A DNA stretch of 64,000 bases from Cyanophora paradoxa CCMP329 (Eukaryota > Plantae > Glaucophyta): contig QPMI01000119.1 in assembly GCA_004431415.1 (NCBI GenBank), positions 18,645 through 82,644 on the forward strand. The letters are read 5' to 3'. Both the position numbers and the translations under genes were made by a program. Numbering within the stretch: position 1 is the stretch's first letter; every line of letters begins with the position of its first letter. The notes beneath the pieces were generated by a model. It did not search any database, had not been told where the DNA came from, and saw only the letters and a list, made by a program, of their open reading frames with translations. Below are positions 1 through 10,129 of this stretch, piece by piece.

Positions 1-2
1 CG

Positions 3-1085
3 AACCTGAAACCGATCGAGCGCGAGATGTATACATCGGTTGATATCTACAGGGCGATAGCGCTTGGGGTGGAAATAACAGAAGTTCACGAGGTGTATTT
101 ATTTGAAGGCAAGGAGAGAATGTTTAAAGATTACATCGAGAAGTTATACTGTATGAAAGCTCGTTCAAGGAAGGGCACAGCTCAGCACGCAACAGCAAAG
201 ATTCAATTAAATGGTCTTTACGGAAAATTTGCCCAGAGGCCTGTGATCGAAACAACAGAGCTAGTTTCTAATTACCGCCGATTTAAGGAGCTACAGCGGA
301 CGTCTACGATTACAGACATCGAAATTGAGAGTGAAACACGGATGTATGTGACATATGAAGTACCTGAGAGCAAACGTGATGCTTGTGTGTCGAAGCCCTG
401 TTTTATTGGAGCATTTATTCTGTCCTACAGTCGCGAGATAATGGACAGGTTCCTAGTAAAGATGAACTCTTATAAAGACATCGAAGCCATGCCGTTTTAC
501 ACGGACACGGACTCTCTTGTTGTGCACAGGAAATTTGCAGAGCTTCTCTTAGAATGTATGAAGCGGCCCTACTCTGTGGAGGGAATGGGCGAAGAGGAGG
601 CGAACAGGGTGATCTGCGAGAGCGAACTTGGAAAACTAGATTACGATATCCAGGGACACATTGTGGAGGCGTATTTCGTTGGGCCCAAGGTGTACTGTTG
701 TCGGTACGTGAAAGCGAACGGTGAATCGGACGTGCATGTGCGTGCCAAAGGAATACCAAAAAGCTGGATCGAAGAGAACTGGCTTTCGAATGATCCGGAG
801 ATGAGGAAGGGGCACCTCCATTCTCGGGTTGCTTTGGAAGCGTTCAAGCAGATGCTTGAGAGCCGGTATCAGCCGGAGTGCAAAATAGAGTCTAAACTAT
901 CTCGTGTCTTCAAACCGAATGGAAAGCAACGCGAGGAGGGGATAGGTTTTAGTTCAATCATTCAGATTCCATTCAGCAGAGTATTAAATAAGACGGAATA
1001 CACAAAGCGAAAGATAATTTCGGATGACTATTACAGCACAGTTCCTCATGAGTACATCAGCCAAAATTCAGGAGGCATACTATGA
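3..1085 (+). CDS. Protein-primed-type family B DNA polymerase, C-terminal part (5' truncated by window)
   Basis: Motif B KIQLNGLYGKFAQ, motif C YTDTDS, GPKVY and RAKG motifs; frame open from the window edge. Confidence 0.92.
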   Translation, partial: NLKPIEREMYTSVDIYRAIALGVEITEVHEVYLFEGKERMFKDYIEKLYCMKARSRKGTAQHATAKIQLNGLYGKFAQRPVIETTELVSNYRRFKELQRTSTITDIEIESETRMYVTYEVPESKRDACVSKPCFIGAFILSYSREIMDRFLVKMNSYKDIEAMPFYTDTDSLVVHRKFAELLLECMKRPYSVEGMGEEEANRVICESELGKLDYDIQGHIVEAYFVGPKVYCCRYVKANGESDVHVRAKGIPKSWIEENWLSNDPEMRKGHLHSRVALEAFKQMLESRYQPECKIESKLSRVFKPNGKQREEGIGFSSIIQIPFSRVLNKTEYTKRKIISDDYYSTVPHEYISQNSGGIL

Positions 1086-2184
1086 TCCAGAAATAGGGCT
1101 TCAGTCTGCCACACGTATTGCCAAGAAGTTGAAAATACCAGTTTCCAGGGTTAGAGAAGTGCTGGAGAAATTATCGACAGCGCAAAGATTTGCGAGGCCG
1201 CAAAAAGAGAAACCATTCACAAGTATAACATACGACAAAGCAGAGAAATACTACGAGGTGGACCTAATCGACGTGACTCCGTACGCTAGAACAAACCGCG
1301 GTATTCACTTTATAATGAACGCAGTGGACGTAGTGACTCGGAAAGCCTACAGCATTCCAATGAAGAACAAGAGCGAAAGTACACTCCTTTCAACACTACG
1401 GAAACTCATAGATAGTTTTCCAGCCAAGCCGGATATTATTCAGACAGATCAGGAGTTTAAAGCTTCAGCTGGTAGTTTGTTAGAAGCTGAGGGAATTAAG
1501 CACAATGCTGTGGAAGCGCATCGACCACAAGCAAACGGCAAAATAGAAAGATTTAATGGAACTTTGAAGCGAGTTATTGCACGGTATATGGAGGCATATG
1601 ACACGGATAGGTACATCGACAAGCTGCCCGCTTTCTTGCGCAATTATAATTCGTCAGAGCATAGGTCGATTGGTACATCGCCAAACGCTGCAGCAGAGAA
1701 TCCGAAGGAGACAATCGCGCGCAACGATTATCAGCGAGAGATCTACGAGCAGCAACACTACCTGAAGGAGGTCGAATTTAAAGTAGGAGACCTAGTTCGA
1801 GTTAAGCTAACCAGGAGAACCTTCGATAAATCGACAAAGCCAACCTTCTCGAAAGAAGTATTTCGAATTGAGTCGATTGGGGGTTTTGGACCCCTTCTAA
1901 GATTTAAACTCGCTGGATCGGATACACCAGTGACCTACCAGCAACTTTTAAAGGTCCCAGTAGATTCAGAGGAACGTCGTGCGGGAAATGCAGCACAGCG
2001 GTCACAGCAGTGCAGAAAGAAGGAGCTAAATCTGATGCGAGAGAATTTAGATCGAGTGGACATAGAAAAAAATAAGAAGCTGCTTCGCCTTCAAAAGCAA
2101 CTTGCGACAGCTGGAACTGTCAAGTTAAACCCTGGTGGAATATTAGAGAGAACAAAGACCAGAAGGCTAGTCAAAGAGCTATAA
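1024..2184 (+). CDS. Retroviral-like (rve, DDE) integrase of Polinton type
   Basis: YYDP N-terminus, EVDLID, IQTDQEF, NGKIERFNGTLK, YNSSEHRSIGTSP, FKVGDLVRV; alternative start at 1048. Confidence 0.93.
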   Translation: MTITAQFLMSTSAKIQEAYYDPEIGLQSATRIAKKLKIPVSRVREVLEKLSTAQRFARPQKEKPFTSITYDKAEKYYEVDLIDVTPYARTNRGIHFIMNAVDVVTRKAYSIPMKNKSESTLLSTLRKLIDSFPAKPDIIQTDQEFKASAGSLLEAEGIKHNAVEAHRPQANGKIERFNGTLKRVIARYMEAYDTDRYIDKLPAFLRNYNSSEHRSIGTSPNAAAENPKETIARNDYQREIYEQQHYLKEVEFKVGDLVRVKLTRRTFDKSTKPTFSKEVFRIESIGGFGPLLRFKLAGSDTPVTYQQLLKVPVDSEERRAGNAAQRSQQCRKKELNLMRENLDRVDIEKNKKLLRLQKQLATAGTVKLNPGGILERTKTRRLVKEL

Positions 2185-2446
2185 CAACACATTGTTGGAG
2201 GGACTCTAGCAGTGCTAACTTTTCGTAGATTCGATTGCGATAGCGGCGATTGGCCTCTAAATGATTCTCGCTGTTGTTCTGCTGGTATCTTGAGCTGGCT
2301 TCTATGTGTCGTCGGCGAAATTCCGGATCTTCATTGTAACGACGGCGATGGCTCTCTGCACGCTTTGCCTTTCGTGCAGCAGCAATTTCAGGGGTAACAA
2401 CAATTGGTTTGCGACCACGCTGTTTAGTTGATGATTCAACATCCAT
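2171..2446 (-). CDS. Small basic protein with AT-hook-like RGRKP
   Basis: RRYNEDPEFR resembles KRYQDEEFR of the AT-hook protein at 27272. Confidence 0.55.
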   Translation of the reverse strand: MDVESSTKQRGRKPIVVTPEIAAARKAKRAESHRRRYNEDPEFRRRHIEASSRYQQNNSENHLEANRRYRNRIYEKLALLESLQQCVVIAL

Positions 2447-2555
2447 TTCTTTGGTTTTCTCGTCACAAACAATGTGCGAAATCTTTTTATGGCATAAATC
2501 GCAGGTTTGTGTTGCGTTAAATTCCGAACATAAAATCCGAGATATAATTCAAATA

Positions 2556-2840
2556 ATGGAAGCAGACAAGCAGCGTCGCTGCGCCGCAGGAACAATTCGA
2601 TTTGGGAAGTACCGCGGTGAAACTCATCTTAAAGTAGTGTTTAGCGACCCAAAATATGCGGAATGGTTGTTATCTTGGCCGCATCTTCGTGAGTATGACA
2701 AAAGGGAATTGCAGCGGGCCTTTGAAATTTGTCAATTAGAAGAACCAGTGGTGATTCAGGAACAGATTGATCGAGCAAAACAGCAAAGGAGACCAACTGT
2801 GGAGGATCTTCCGGATTTGCCCGATTTTGACTTGTCTTAA
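2556..2840 (+). CDS. Small FGKY-motif protein (DUF3820 / exonuclease X C-terminal-like)
   Basis: IRFGKYRG...DPKYAEWLL motif; ATG after AT-rich leader. Confidence 0.6.
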   Translation: MEADKQRRCAAGTIRFGKYRGETHLKVVFSDPKYAEWLLSWPHLREYDKRELQRAFEICQLEEPVVIQEQIDRAKQQRRPTVEDLPDLPDFDLS

Positions 2841-2874
2841 AGAGATCTCAATCTCAGATTGTAAAAGAAGAGAC

Positions 2875-3447
2875 ATGGAGACAATTCCAGATGTTCCTGA
2901 AGGTGTTGCTTTGATTCCAATTACTGGTCACCGCAATGGTCGATATAGAGTCGTGGTTGCGTATGCACTAGTGTCGCAGGATGATTCTCAGCGCGTGCTT
3001 GGATTTCGCTGGTGGTTAAATACCAATGGATATGCTGCCACCAAAATAAATGGGAAGACCGTGTTGTTGCATAATTTTATCAGCGGCGAGTTGGAGAACG
3101 GTTTAACTGTCGATCACATAAATCTAAACAAACTCGATAATCGCCGCGAGAACCTACGACTTGCTACAAAGCGGCAGCAGAATTTGAATCGTGGCCAGCT
3201 GCGAAATAACACAAGTGGTTTCATTGGTGTTTGCTTCCATCAGCAGCGTGGAAAATGGTATGCGCGATATTGGATAAATGGGCGCCAAAAGCACATCGGC
3301 TTATTTACTACTGCTGAGGCTGCAGCTAAAGCTCGCGATGCTTACGCTATAGAACATACCAGTGAAGATGATAAGCCGTTCTTGCGTCTGAATTTCACAG
3401 ACGAATCCTTCTCCCACCCATCGCATTCTTCATCTGTGAGCTCGTAG
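2875..3447 (+). CDS. HNH-AP2 homing endonuclease
   Basis: VDHINLNKLDNRRENLR (HNH) followed by NTSGFIGV...KWYA...HIGLF...AAKARD (AP2). Confidence 0.92.
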   Translation: METIPDVPEGVALIPITGHRNGRYRVVVAYALVSQDDSQRVLGFRWWLNTNGYAATKINGKTVLLHNFISGELENGLTVDHINLNKLDNRRENLRLATKRQQNLNRGQLRNNTSGFIGVCFHQQRGKWYARYWINGRQKHIGLFTTAEAAAKARDAYAIEHTSEDDKPFLRLNFTDESFSHPSHSSSVSS

Positions 3448-4027
3448 AATTGGGTTCAAAAACATTTGGAGTTGCTGGTTTTACTTCGGCAGAGTCAAGC
3501 GATTGCTCGGCTTTAGCTTTTTCGTTTTTCAAATACCGCAAATCAGGTGCATCCATCACTCTTGTCTTAAACATTTCGCTTCGCAACATCTCACGAATTT
3601 TAGCTCTCTCTTGCTTGTCTTTTACATACGATTCGATATTAGCCGATCGAGCCTCGAGATCTCGCAATTTAGCTGTTAGTTCCTCGATTTGACTCTTTGA
3701 TACTGTTGCTGTCTTTATTTTTGGACCGGAGTATCTAGGCTCAGACGCCATGGCTAAGATAATTCTAGCAGCATCATCATCGATATCAGACTGCATTTCA
3801 GATACAGTTTTGACCTGGCTTTGTCGGTCGTCAACCGCACTGGCATTTGCTGCTGCCGACGCAATTGTTTTCGCTACGGGTGCGTTTAGTTTGGGGTCAC
3901 TAGCTAGTTCCCCGCTAGGATTAGCAACAGCAGCGCCCTCTGTCGCACCACTTTCTATGAGAGGGGCGTTTGGCTCTGGGAGCACCCTTCGTTCACGAAA
4001 ACCCTTTCTTGGAATTCCACGGGGCAT
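3395..4027 (-). CDS. Conserved coiled-coil protein downstream of the ATPase
   Basis: ELTAKLRDLEARS...KQERAKIREMLR matches 26075..26809; same position in both elements. Confidence 0.75.
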   Translation of the reverse strand: MPRGIPRKGFRERRVLPEPNAPLIESGATEGAAVANPSGELASDPKLNAPVAKTIASAAANASAVDDRQSQVKTVSEMQSDIDDDAARIILAMASEPRYSGPKIKTATVSKSQIEELTAKLRDLEARSANIESYVKDKQERAKIREMLRSEMFKTRVMDAPDLRYLKNEKAKAEQSLDSAEVKPATPNVFEPNSTSSQMKNAMGGRRIRL

Positions 4028-4036
4028 CTTCTGTTC

Positions 4037-4765
4037 TTAAGATAATATTTTAAAACGCCTCTTTTTGGGATGAACAGGCGAAGACTCTTCTTTTTTAGAC
4101 TCTTCTTCATTCTTAAGCCATTTAGAGAAACGAAAACTCTTATCTTCAATCGCTTTATCAACGTACCAGGCAGTATCATACTTCGTTCCATCAAGGACTA
4201 GACACTGATAATCATGCGCCCAAGTTTGGAACAAAGCAATAAATTCGTCTTTCGGGAGATGACTAAACTCTCTATAAATTGCCTCGAGTTCAGTATGATT
4301 AGAGTAACTGAAGAAAAAACAATAGTCGGAGTTCGATCTTATAGATTGACTCAATGCTGTAAGCTTTTGGGTCATAAGAATCGTACTGATATTAAAATGA
4401 CGACCTTGTGTAAAAAGTCGATTAACGGTCTTGCTATTTCGCAGATCAACAGTTTCAGAGGCGGCAACAAGATCGTCCAAGACTAGCAATATCTGCGGCG
4501 CTTTCTTTTTGTTTTCAATCAAATTGCGCTGTGAATCAATGATTTCTGCAACGATAGATGGCTGAAAATCGTCGTAAAGCTCATTAGTTATTGCCGAATA
4601 TTCGCCATTGAATTTGGTGGCTGTAAACACGACGACTCGATTAATCTTTGGATAGAGCAGCCGCAGCAGATGCTTGGTGCAGTAGAAAGACTTGCCGCTA
4701 TTAGATTTCGATATAAACAGGGCCTTAAATGGGACCCTCATATCGTTAGGCTGGAACTGATCCAT
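4037..4765 (-). CDS. A32/FtsK-like genome packaging ATPase
   Basis: Variant Walker A SKSNSGKS, Walker B LLVLDD, GRH and TQ motifs; homologous to 25264..26046. Confidence 0.92.
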   Translation of the reverse strand: MDQFQPNDMRVPFKALFISKSNSGKSFYCTKHLLRLLYPKINRVVVFTATKFNGEYSAITNELYDDFQPSIVAEIIDSQRNLIENKKKAPQILLVLDDLVAASETVDLRNSKTVNRLFTQGRHFNISTILMTQKLTALSQSIRSNSDYCFFFSYSNHTELEAIYREFSHLPKDEFIALFQTWAHDYQCLVLDGTKYDTAWYVDKAIEDKSFRFSKWLKNEEESKKEESSPVHPKKRRFKILS

Positions 4766-4790
4766 CAAAAAATTAACTACCGAGATACGA

Positions 4791-6179
4791 CTAGAGGTTG
4801 ACCTTGCGAAGGCCCGCAGCATCCACAATTAGGACAGTGTGCAGGAGAGCGCGAATTTGGACGTAAATCTTGTTGTTTGCATCGTAAGCGGCAGGATTCA
4901 TGATATTCAGGAAGCAGCTGCTGCTGTTGGTGAGATCTACGAAACCAGTTTGAGCAGCATTTCGAATCGATTTATCCCCACTAATGCAAAATGGCAAACC
5001 AGTCAGAACATACCGATTAAGAGGCGCGTCTAGATTTGAGCACTTGAAGACATCAGCGATGAGTTCAGCACCTTGCAATAGAGGGACAGGCTCATTTGAA
5101 TAAAGTCGCTGGCCATTTAATTCGCAGGAAATAGTTATATCGCGAGCATTAGCCTCGGTTTTGAGGACACTGTGTTTTCCGTCAGTTTGGTTCATGTTTG
5201 GCTGCTTGCGAATGCTAACGAACAGGCCGTAGCATAGTCCACTGATTTGAGACAGATTAATCCGGGTGGGCGCACCAGCACCAGCATAAGTAATTGAATC
5301 AGCATCAACCCAGCCGACATCGGTAGCGGGAATTGCAATTCCAGACGTTTTGACTTTCTCAATAACCTGGGCAAAAGTGGCCTCATCAACGTTGATGCAA
5401 TGAGCAATAATCTTAGGATTAGAAAGCTCCGGATTGGCAGGGGTGACACTGAGAACATTGGGAGTTATATTCTGGCCGATGTTTGCAGGGGAAGCAGCGG
5501 CAGCTCCAACACTACCAAGGCCATCTTCTTTAGTGGCATCACCGCCGATGGCATATTCTGTTACAAACCTACCACCATAGCTGGTTTCGACGAAGCCCTG
5601 GGCACGATCACGGAACCAAACCTCGACAGAAACCTCGCCAGATAGAGCACCAATGGGTAGCACTGAACCCTCCCATGGACAGGGGATTTTTACACTGAAA
5701 ATACCTCCAGTGCGATTTGTCCCCTGAGGTGGTGTTCCATGTAGCCAGCCACCTGACCGGTATTTCTTTTTGAGCTGAGCATCATCATTGTAAATCAGTG
5801 CGCTGTGAACAAGCCAGTCCTCGGGGACAATGTAGCTGTAGGAAGCATATTTGATTTCAATTCGCTTTACAAGAGCACCAACAGACCGCAGATAACCAGT
5901 GCGAACCAGGTCAGTGTCACCAGTAAAAGCGGTCAACTCGGGCAGGGTAAACTGGAGTTCGAGCCCCTGAAGGAAGTTGTATCGGGGCAGGAAATAAGTA
6001 ACCCTCTTTCCGAAGCAGTCTCCATAGTCATTGCTTGGGTTGACAACAACACGAACAGGCTTGGTTTGGCTCGTTAGACCCAACATAAGCTCATTGTTCA
6101 TGAAGAAGTCCTTCGCTTCCTGCGGAGTTGTCAGGAGCTCTTTGAGGCCGAGCCGCTGCAAATTCTGAGTAACATCCAT
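4791..6179 (-). CDS. Major capsid protein (double jelly-roll, NCLDV-like N-terminus)
   Basis: 462 aa, between penton and ATPase; FGKRVTYFLPRY..LELQFTLP..GALVKRIEI pattern; clear homologue in element 2. Confidence 0.82.
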   Translation of the reverse strand: MDVTQNLQRLGLKELLTTPQEAKDFFMNNELMLGLTSQTKPVRVVVNPSNDYGDCFGKRVTYFLPRYNFLQGLELQFTLPELTAFTGDTDLVRTGYLRSVGALVKRIEIKYASYSYIVPEDWLVHSALIYNDDAQLKKKYRSGGWLHGTPPQGTNRTGGIFSVKIPCPWEGSVLPIGALSGEVSVEVWFRDRAQGFVETSYGGRFVTEYAIGGDATKEDGLGSVGAAAASPANIGQNITPNVLSVTPANPELSNPKIIAHCINVDEATFAQVIEKVKTSGIAIPATDVGWVDADSITYAGAGAPTRINLSQISGLCYGLFVSIRKQPNMNQTDGKHSVLKTEANARDITISCELNGQRLYSNEPVPLLQGAELIADVFKCSNLDAPLNRYVLTGLPFCISGDKSIRNAAQTGFVDLTNSSSCFLNIMNPAAYDANNKIYVQIRALLHTVLIVDAAGLRKVNL

Positions 6180-6251
6180 CGATTTATATAATTGCAGTGA
6201 AAGAAAATAATTTGGGACGAAGTCAGGGGCCTTCTGGCTCCGCCGCTTAGC

Positions 6252-7217
6252 TCAGTTTGACGAATTGATCCAAGGATATGTTTTTGACCTTTTCTGGAGC
6301 TGAAGTTTTGCAAGTTCGTAGACAACATCACCATTGGGTTCGTCAGGACCATAACGAATTTCGAGAATAAATGACACAGGAGCTCCATTTAAATCAGCGA
6401 TTCGCTGCATAAAATCGTATATCTCAATAGTCACAGAGTACAGGTCCAGCTTTGAATAAACATACTTATACAAAGGAGTTGCTTCAGTTGAATCGTAGTA
6501 GGCTGTCTCACCAGGACGCAGGACGCTGGGAATGCTGAGCTTTGAGAAGAAGCCAGGAATTGAAGTATTGGGCATACTGACAAGGTCACCAATTTCAGGA
6601 ATGCGTAGGAGCACATGATCATCGGGAGTGACATCAGGCTCATAAGCGCCTGCTATATATTCAGTATTTATAGATAATGTCTTTGACCGAATCGGTAGAA
6701 TTGATCGCAAGCCTAGCAGCTTTGCAGTTCGCTGAGCCCTTGCAACAGCCTGGTAGTTTCTGATTTCCCGCCCACCCAGGTTCGGTGGCAACATCAGAGC
6801 AATAAAGAACTCGAAGCTAGCTGTGAACCCTATTGATTTAACCGCTGAATTATACGTGCACGTGATACCAGTTCCCGTCAACCTTTCGTTTATCTTTGTC
6901 ACAAGCGAGGTGATGTCGTAATTTCCAGGTGGAATTGTAATGTTATTCCACTCTCCAAAACCTGGCTGAGGTGGGTCGGGTCCCTCATTTGCAGGATCAT
7001 ATTTGCACCAATATATATATAATATATATGTGTCAAACACTAAATCCTCTGCTGGATCGAGTGCATCAACTGTGCTCATTGTGTTGGGGATCTCAGCAGA
7101 TACCAGGCGCACGGCTTTTACATCCTGATAAGCTTTAGGCAGTCTTACTTTAAATTTTGAGGTGGATGTCAGCTCATCCGCTTGGTGGCTTGCAATGCAG
7201 ACGTAGTCCGTCGGCAT
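6252..7217 (-). CDS. Minor capsid (penton) protein A
   Basis: F.VRLP..Y..V.AVRLVSAEIPN N-terminus and DLNGAPVSFILEI C-terminus; orthologue at 22763. Confidence 0.75.
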   Translation of the reverse strand: MPTDYVCIASHQADELTSTSKFKVRLPKAYQDVKAVRLVSAEIPNTMSTVDALDPAEDLVFDTYILYIYWCKYDPANEGPDPPQPGFGEWNNITIPPGNYDITSLVTKINERLTGTGITCTYNSAVKSIGFTASFEFFIALMLPPNLGGREIRNYQAVARAQRTAKLLGLRSILPIRSKTLSINTEYIAGAYEPDVTPDDHVLLRIPEIGDLVSMPNTSIPGFFSKLSIPSVLRPGETAYYDSTEATPLYKYVYSKLDLYSVTIEIYDFMQRIADLNGAPVSFILEIRYGPDEPNGDVVYELAKLQLQKRSKTYPWINSSN

Positions 7218-7244
7218 CTTTTTTATATCAGTTAGAGAATAAAA

Positions 7245-8165
7245 ATGGTCGAAGACAAGCATCGACGCTGCGCCAGGCTCAGCTTTGACAGTAGAGACAG
7301 AAGGCCAATCGATTCAGAGGCAAACTTTGTGCTCGAAATCAATGAACCTATAATCAATCCAGTTGCTGTTCGACTTACCCAGTGTGAGTTCGCAAACAGC
7401 CTTTACACGAGCATTAGAGATGAGTATCTTTCGATCACCTTCCCCAACATTTGGACAGAAAATCTGGCGGTTTTTGAGCCTGGTATAATTACTACTGCAA
7501 ATATGGGCGAAACAGATCTTTACAACTTTGGCCTATCGTTTAAGTTTGAACTGGGGGGAATCGTAATAGCATATTTCAAATTGTTTCGGGACCCAGAGAC
7601 ACTGAAGATGTCTGCCTTTTGCAACCGTTCCTGCACAGTGACCTGCCAGTTCAAAGCTCTATCGAATCTGCTCGGGCTGAACCGAAATGAGCCCCTCCAG
7701 CTGTCTCCTATCGTGATTGAAGGAGGGCAAAGATCAGTAACTGCAGCTGAGCGATATCTAGAGGTTGCTGGCATTCCAGTAACACCTTCACACCCTGAAT
7801 ATGGCGTGGATTTCACAGAAAGAATGCGGAGTGAGCCACTTGGTTATGCTGTCGAATTTCCAAAGATAATTGACATGAACAGCGACCAGTATCTCTTCCT
7901 AGTCTGTGAAGAGCTTCGACCATTTGCTTCAAAGCTTCGCCGTGGGGCCAAATCAATGTGCAACTACGGGCTTGCTCGAATTCAAATGAGTCAGGACGTT
8001 GGCAAATTCGTTTATATAAATCAGGATCATCAAGGCGAATGGATCTCCATCGAAGAGCGTCTTGTGCTGACTTCCTTGCGACTGCGCATTGTAGACAGAG
8101 ATGGTGATGATGTATCACTGAATGGATTGCCATGGTCTGGGGAGCTCCAGTTCAAACTGATTTGA
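7245..8165 (+). CDS. Minor capsid (penton) protein B
   Basis: FDSRDR N-terminal motif and SLNGLPWSGELQF C-terminus; orthologue at 21802..22734. Confidence 0.75.
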   Translation: MVEDKHRRCARLSFDSRDRRPIDSEANFVLEINEPIINPVAVRLTQCEFANSLYTSIRDEYLSITFPNIWTENLAVFEPGIITTANMGETDLYNFGLSFKFELGGIVIAYFKLFRDPETLKMSAFCNRSCTVTCQFKALSNLLGLNRNEPLQLSPIVIEGGQRSVTAAERYLEVAGIPVTPSHPEYGVDFTERMRSEPLGYAVEFPKIIDMNSDQYLFLVCEELRPFASKLRRGAKSMCNYGLARIQMSQDVGKFVYINQDHQGEWISIEERLVLTSLRLRIVDRDGDDVSLNGLPWSGELQFKLI

Positions 8166-8295
8166 AAAGTCGCAGACAAGCCGAAGGCAAGGAGCCCGAA
8201 GGGCAAGAATGCCCATCTTGGCTTTCGCCTTCTTGGCTCCGCACAGCTCGGCTGTGCCTCCGCCCCGTTTTATTTCTTGGCACAATATATAAAAA

Positions 8296-8628
8296 ATGTC
8301 GCAGTTGATGCCCATAGCTCAGATTGAAAAGTACTTACCGTTGATGCGGGACAAAAAAGTATCACTTGTTGCGATTGGAGATAAGCCAAGCACACAAACA
8401 AACCTAGGTTTTCTGCAAGCTTACCGCCGATTTGGTCCTGACGGAATCAAAAAGGAGCTCGCAACCAAAAACACAACTTGGTATCAGCGAAGAGAGAATT
8501 ACATTAAGAGGCGACTGGGAGGGCGTAATGGAGCACCATTTTGGGAGAAAGATAAATCTGGCAGAACTATTCCAACACGTCTTGGACTCTCTCTGATTTC
8601 CTGGGCATTCATGCCGCCGCCTAATTAA
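8296..8628 (+). CDS. Hypothetical viral protein
   Basis: 110-aa ORF with ATATAAAAAATG leader like neighbouring genes. Confidence 0.55.
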   Translation: MSQLMPIAQIEKYLPLMRDKKVSLVAIGDKPSTQTNLGFLQAYRRFGPDGIKKELATKNTTWYQRRENYIKRRLGGRNGAPFWEKDKSGRTIPTRLGLSLISWAFMPPPN

Positions 8629-10105
8629 TGTAACGTCCCCGGAAATCAAGCCGGAATGCATTCACATTTATAAATTCGTTTGTTATAATTTGCACATAGT
8701 TATATACCTGTGGGGTGAACAAATGCGAGTCACTATGCATTAGATCGAAGCCTGCCATTGTTGGGTTCGCAGCAAGCACATTTGCTAGGACTGTGTTTTC
8801 AAATAGTGCCCCGTCTCGTAAATATCCTAAGTTGGTCAGAATGCTGAAATTAAATAGGACTCCGGCAGCAAAGGCTGGCCCATACATAATGATTTGATGT
8901 AGCTCAAAAGGCTTTGGAAATTCGACTCTGATCCAGGGATTAGGTAGAGTGCCACCTTGGAACCCTGTTGAGTTGGGTCGCACATGAGAAGGTGGGTGCA
9001 ATTCCTCAAAGTCGTTGCTTATGATGTTTGCATCTGGAATTATAAACCAGTTGACATCAAATGGCGGCTCAACTGTTAAAGTAGACGATATGATTAGTCT
9101 CTCATCGTTCAGTAGGTCATAGTTTGCCAGTAGAAAGCTGCAGAGTGCATTTATTTTAGCATTTATTTCGATTTGTTTCAGCCATAAATCTGTTGTGGAA
9201 ATCAAATAAGAAATATTCGATGGGGAGGCATCATCAAGCTTGCTCATGACTGCAGCTGGCAGCGGAACACTTAAACGCCAGTATCTTGTTAGATTCCTAT
9301 CCGCATCAACTGGAAGCAGTTCCTGCATTTGGAAGTGCGATTCCAGCTCGCTACCAGCCATTAGCATAGAAATGATTGGGCTGCCTGAGAGGGATAGGAT
9401 CCAGCCCAGGGCGCCCCAGCCTGACGTCTCCGAATTCGAAAAGCCTGCAGTCAATTGCTCACTGGCTTGGACTTCACCACAGCTAATGCTCACAAGAACA
9501 ATTGGATCTTCTGCATCGTAAATTTTACTGGCGTGGCTGAGTGCAGCAACTGAGGGATTATTCAAACAGGCAATTGCCCCGTCAACAAGGTTTTTGTCCC
9601 CTAGAACCTTCGGTGGAAAGAATGTAGGCGCTGCAGAAGATGCTCTCACTGCATCACGAATCAGCGTGCTTGAATATGGCCCATCCTTCGTAAAAACTAC
9701 GGGCTGCATCCGAACTGTATCAAACGCTGTTATTAATACATCTTTTGTCGATTCTGCAATTGTGTAGTCCTGGGCAACGTCTGTGAGCACCGACTCCAGA
9801 GGGTTTGCATCATAGCGGCTGCCTGAGAGCAAGCTTGTCAGTGATCTTGGATTTGCAAATATTGTTGGCAGGTTCGTTTGATATAGACTCAAGATATCAC
9901 CTGCAGAATATCGGTAAGCGAGAACAGAGCCTGGAGTTGATGGGATAGCCAAACCGGCCGCTATTATTGCCCCTGTCGAGGTGCCTGCAAAGAAATCAAA
10001 CAGCTGTGGAATTGCTTTCCCAGTAATCGCCTCGATCCGTTGCAGAATTCTGGCAATAATTATACCACGAGCACCTCCACCTGATAACGAGAAAATCACC
10101 TTCAT
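8621..10105 (-). CDS. Patatin-like phospholipase with degenerate discoidin-like C-terminal domain
   Basis: SGGGARG, GTSTG nucleophile, SAAPTFF, DGA; C-terminus aligns with the F5/8C-like domain of 36864..38405. Confidence 0.9.
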   Translation of the reverse strand: MKVIFSLSGGGARGIIIARILQRIEAITGKAIPQLFDFFAGTSTGAIIAAGLAIPSTPGSVLAYRYSAGDILSLYQTNLPTIFANPRSLTSLLSGSRYDANPLESVLTDVAQDYTIAESTKDVLITAFDTVRMQPVVFTKDGPYSSTLIRDAVRASSAAPTFFPPKVLGDKNLVDGAIACLNNPSVAALSHASKIYDAEDPIVLVSISCGEVQASEQLTAGFSNSETSGWGALGWILSLSGSPIISMLMAGSELESHFQMQELLPVDADRNLTRYWRLSVPLPAAVMSKLDDASPSNISYLISTTDLWLKQIEINAKINALCSFLLANYDLLNDERLIISSTLTVEPPFDVNWFIIPDANIISNDFEELHPPSHVRPNSTGFQGGTLPNPWIRVEFPKPFELHQIIMYGPAFAAGVLFNFSILTNLGYLRDGALFENTVLANVLAANPTMAGFDLMHSDSHLFTPQVYNYVQIITNEFINVNAFRLDFRGRYIN

Positions 10106-10129
10106 TTTTAAAAGGGGGCTTATATAAAA

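Noticed and set aside
1024-2184. LTR retrotransposon suggested by the rve integrases
   Set aside because: No gag, RT or LTRs; integrases are adjacent to PolB as in Polintons
8170-8260. GC-rich intergenic stem-loops as hairpin polyadenylation signals
   Set aside because: Stems are short and not consistently found after other genes; not supportable without transcript ends
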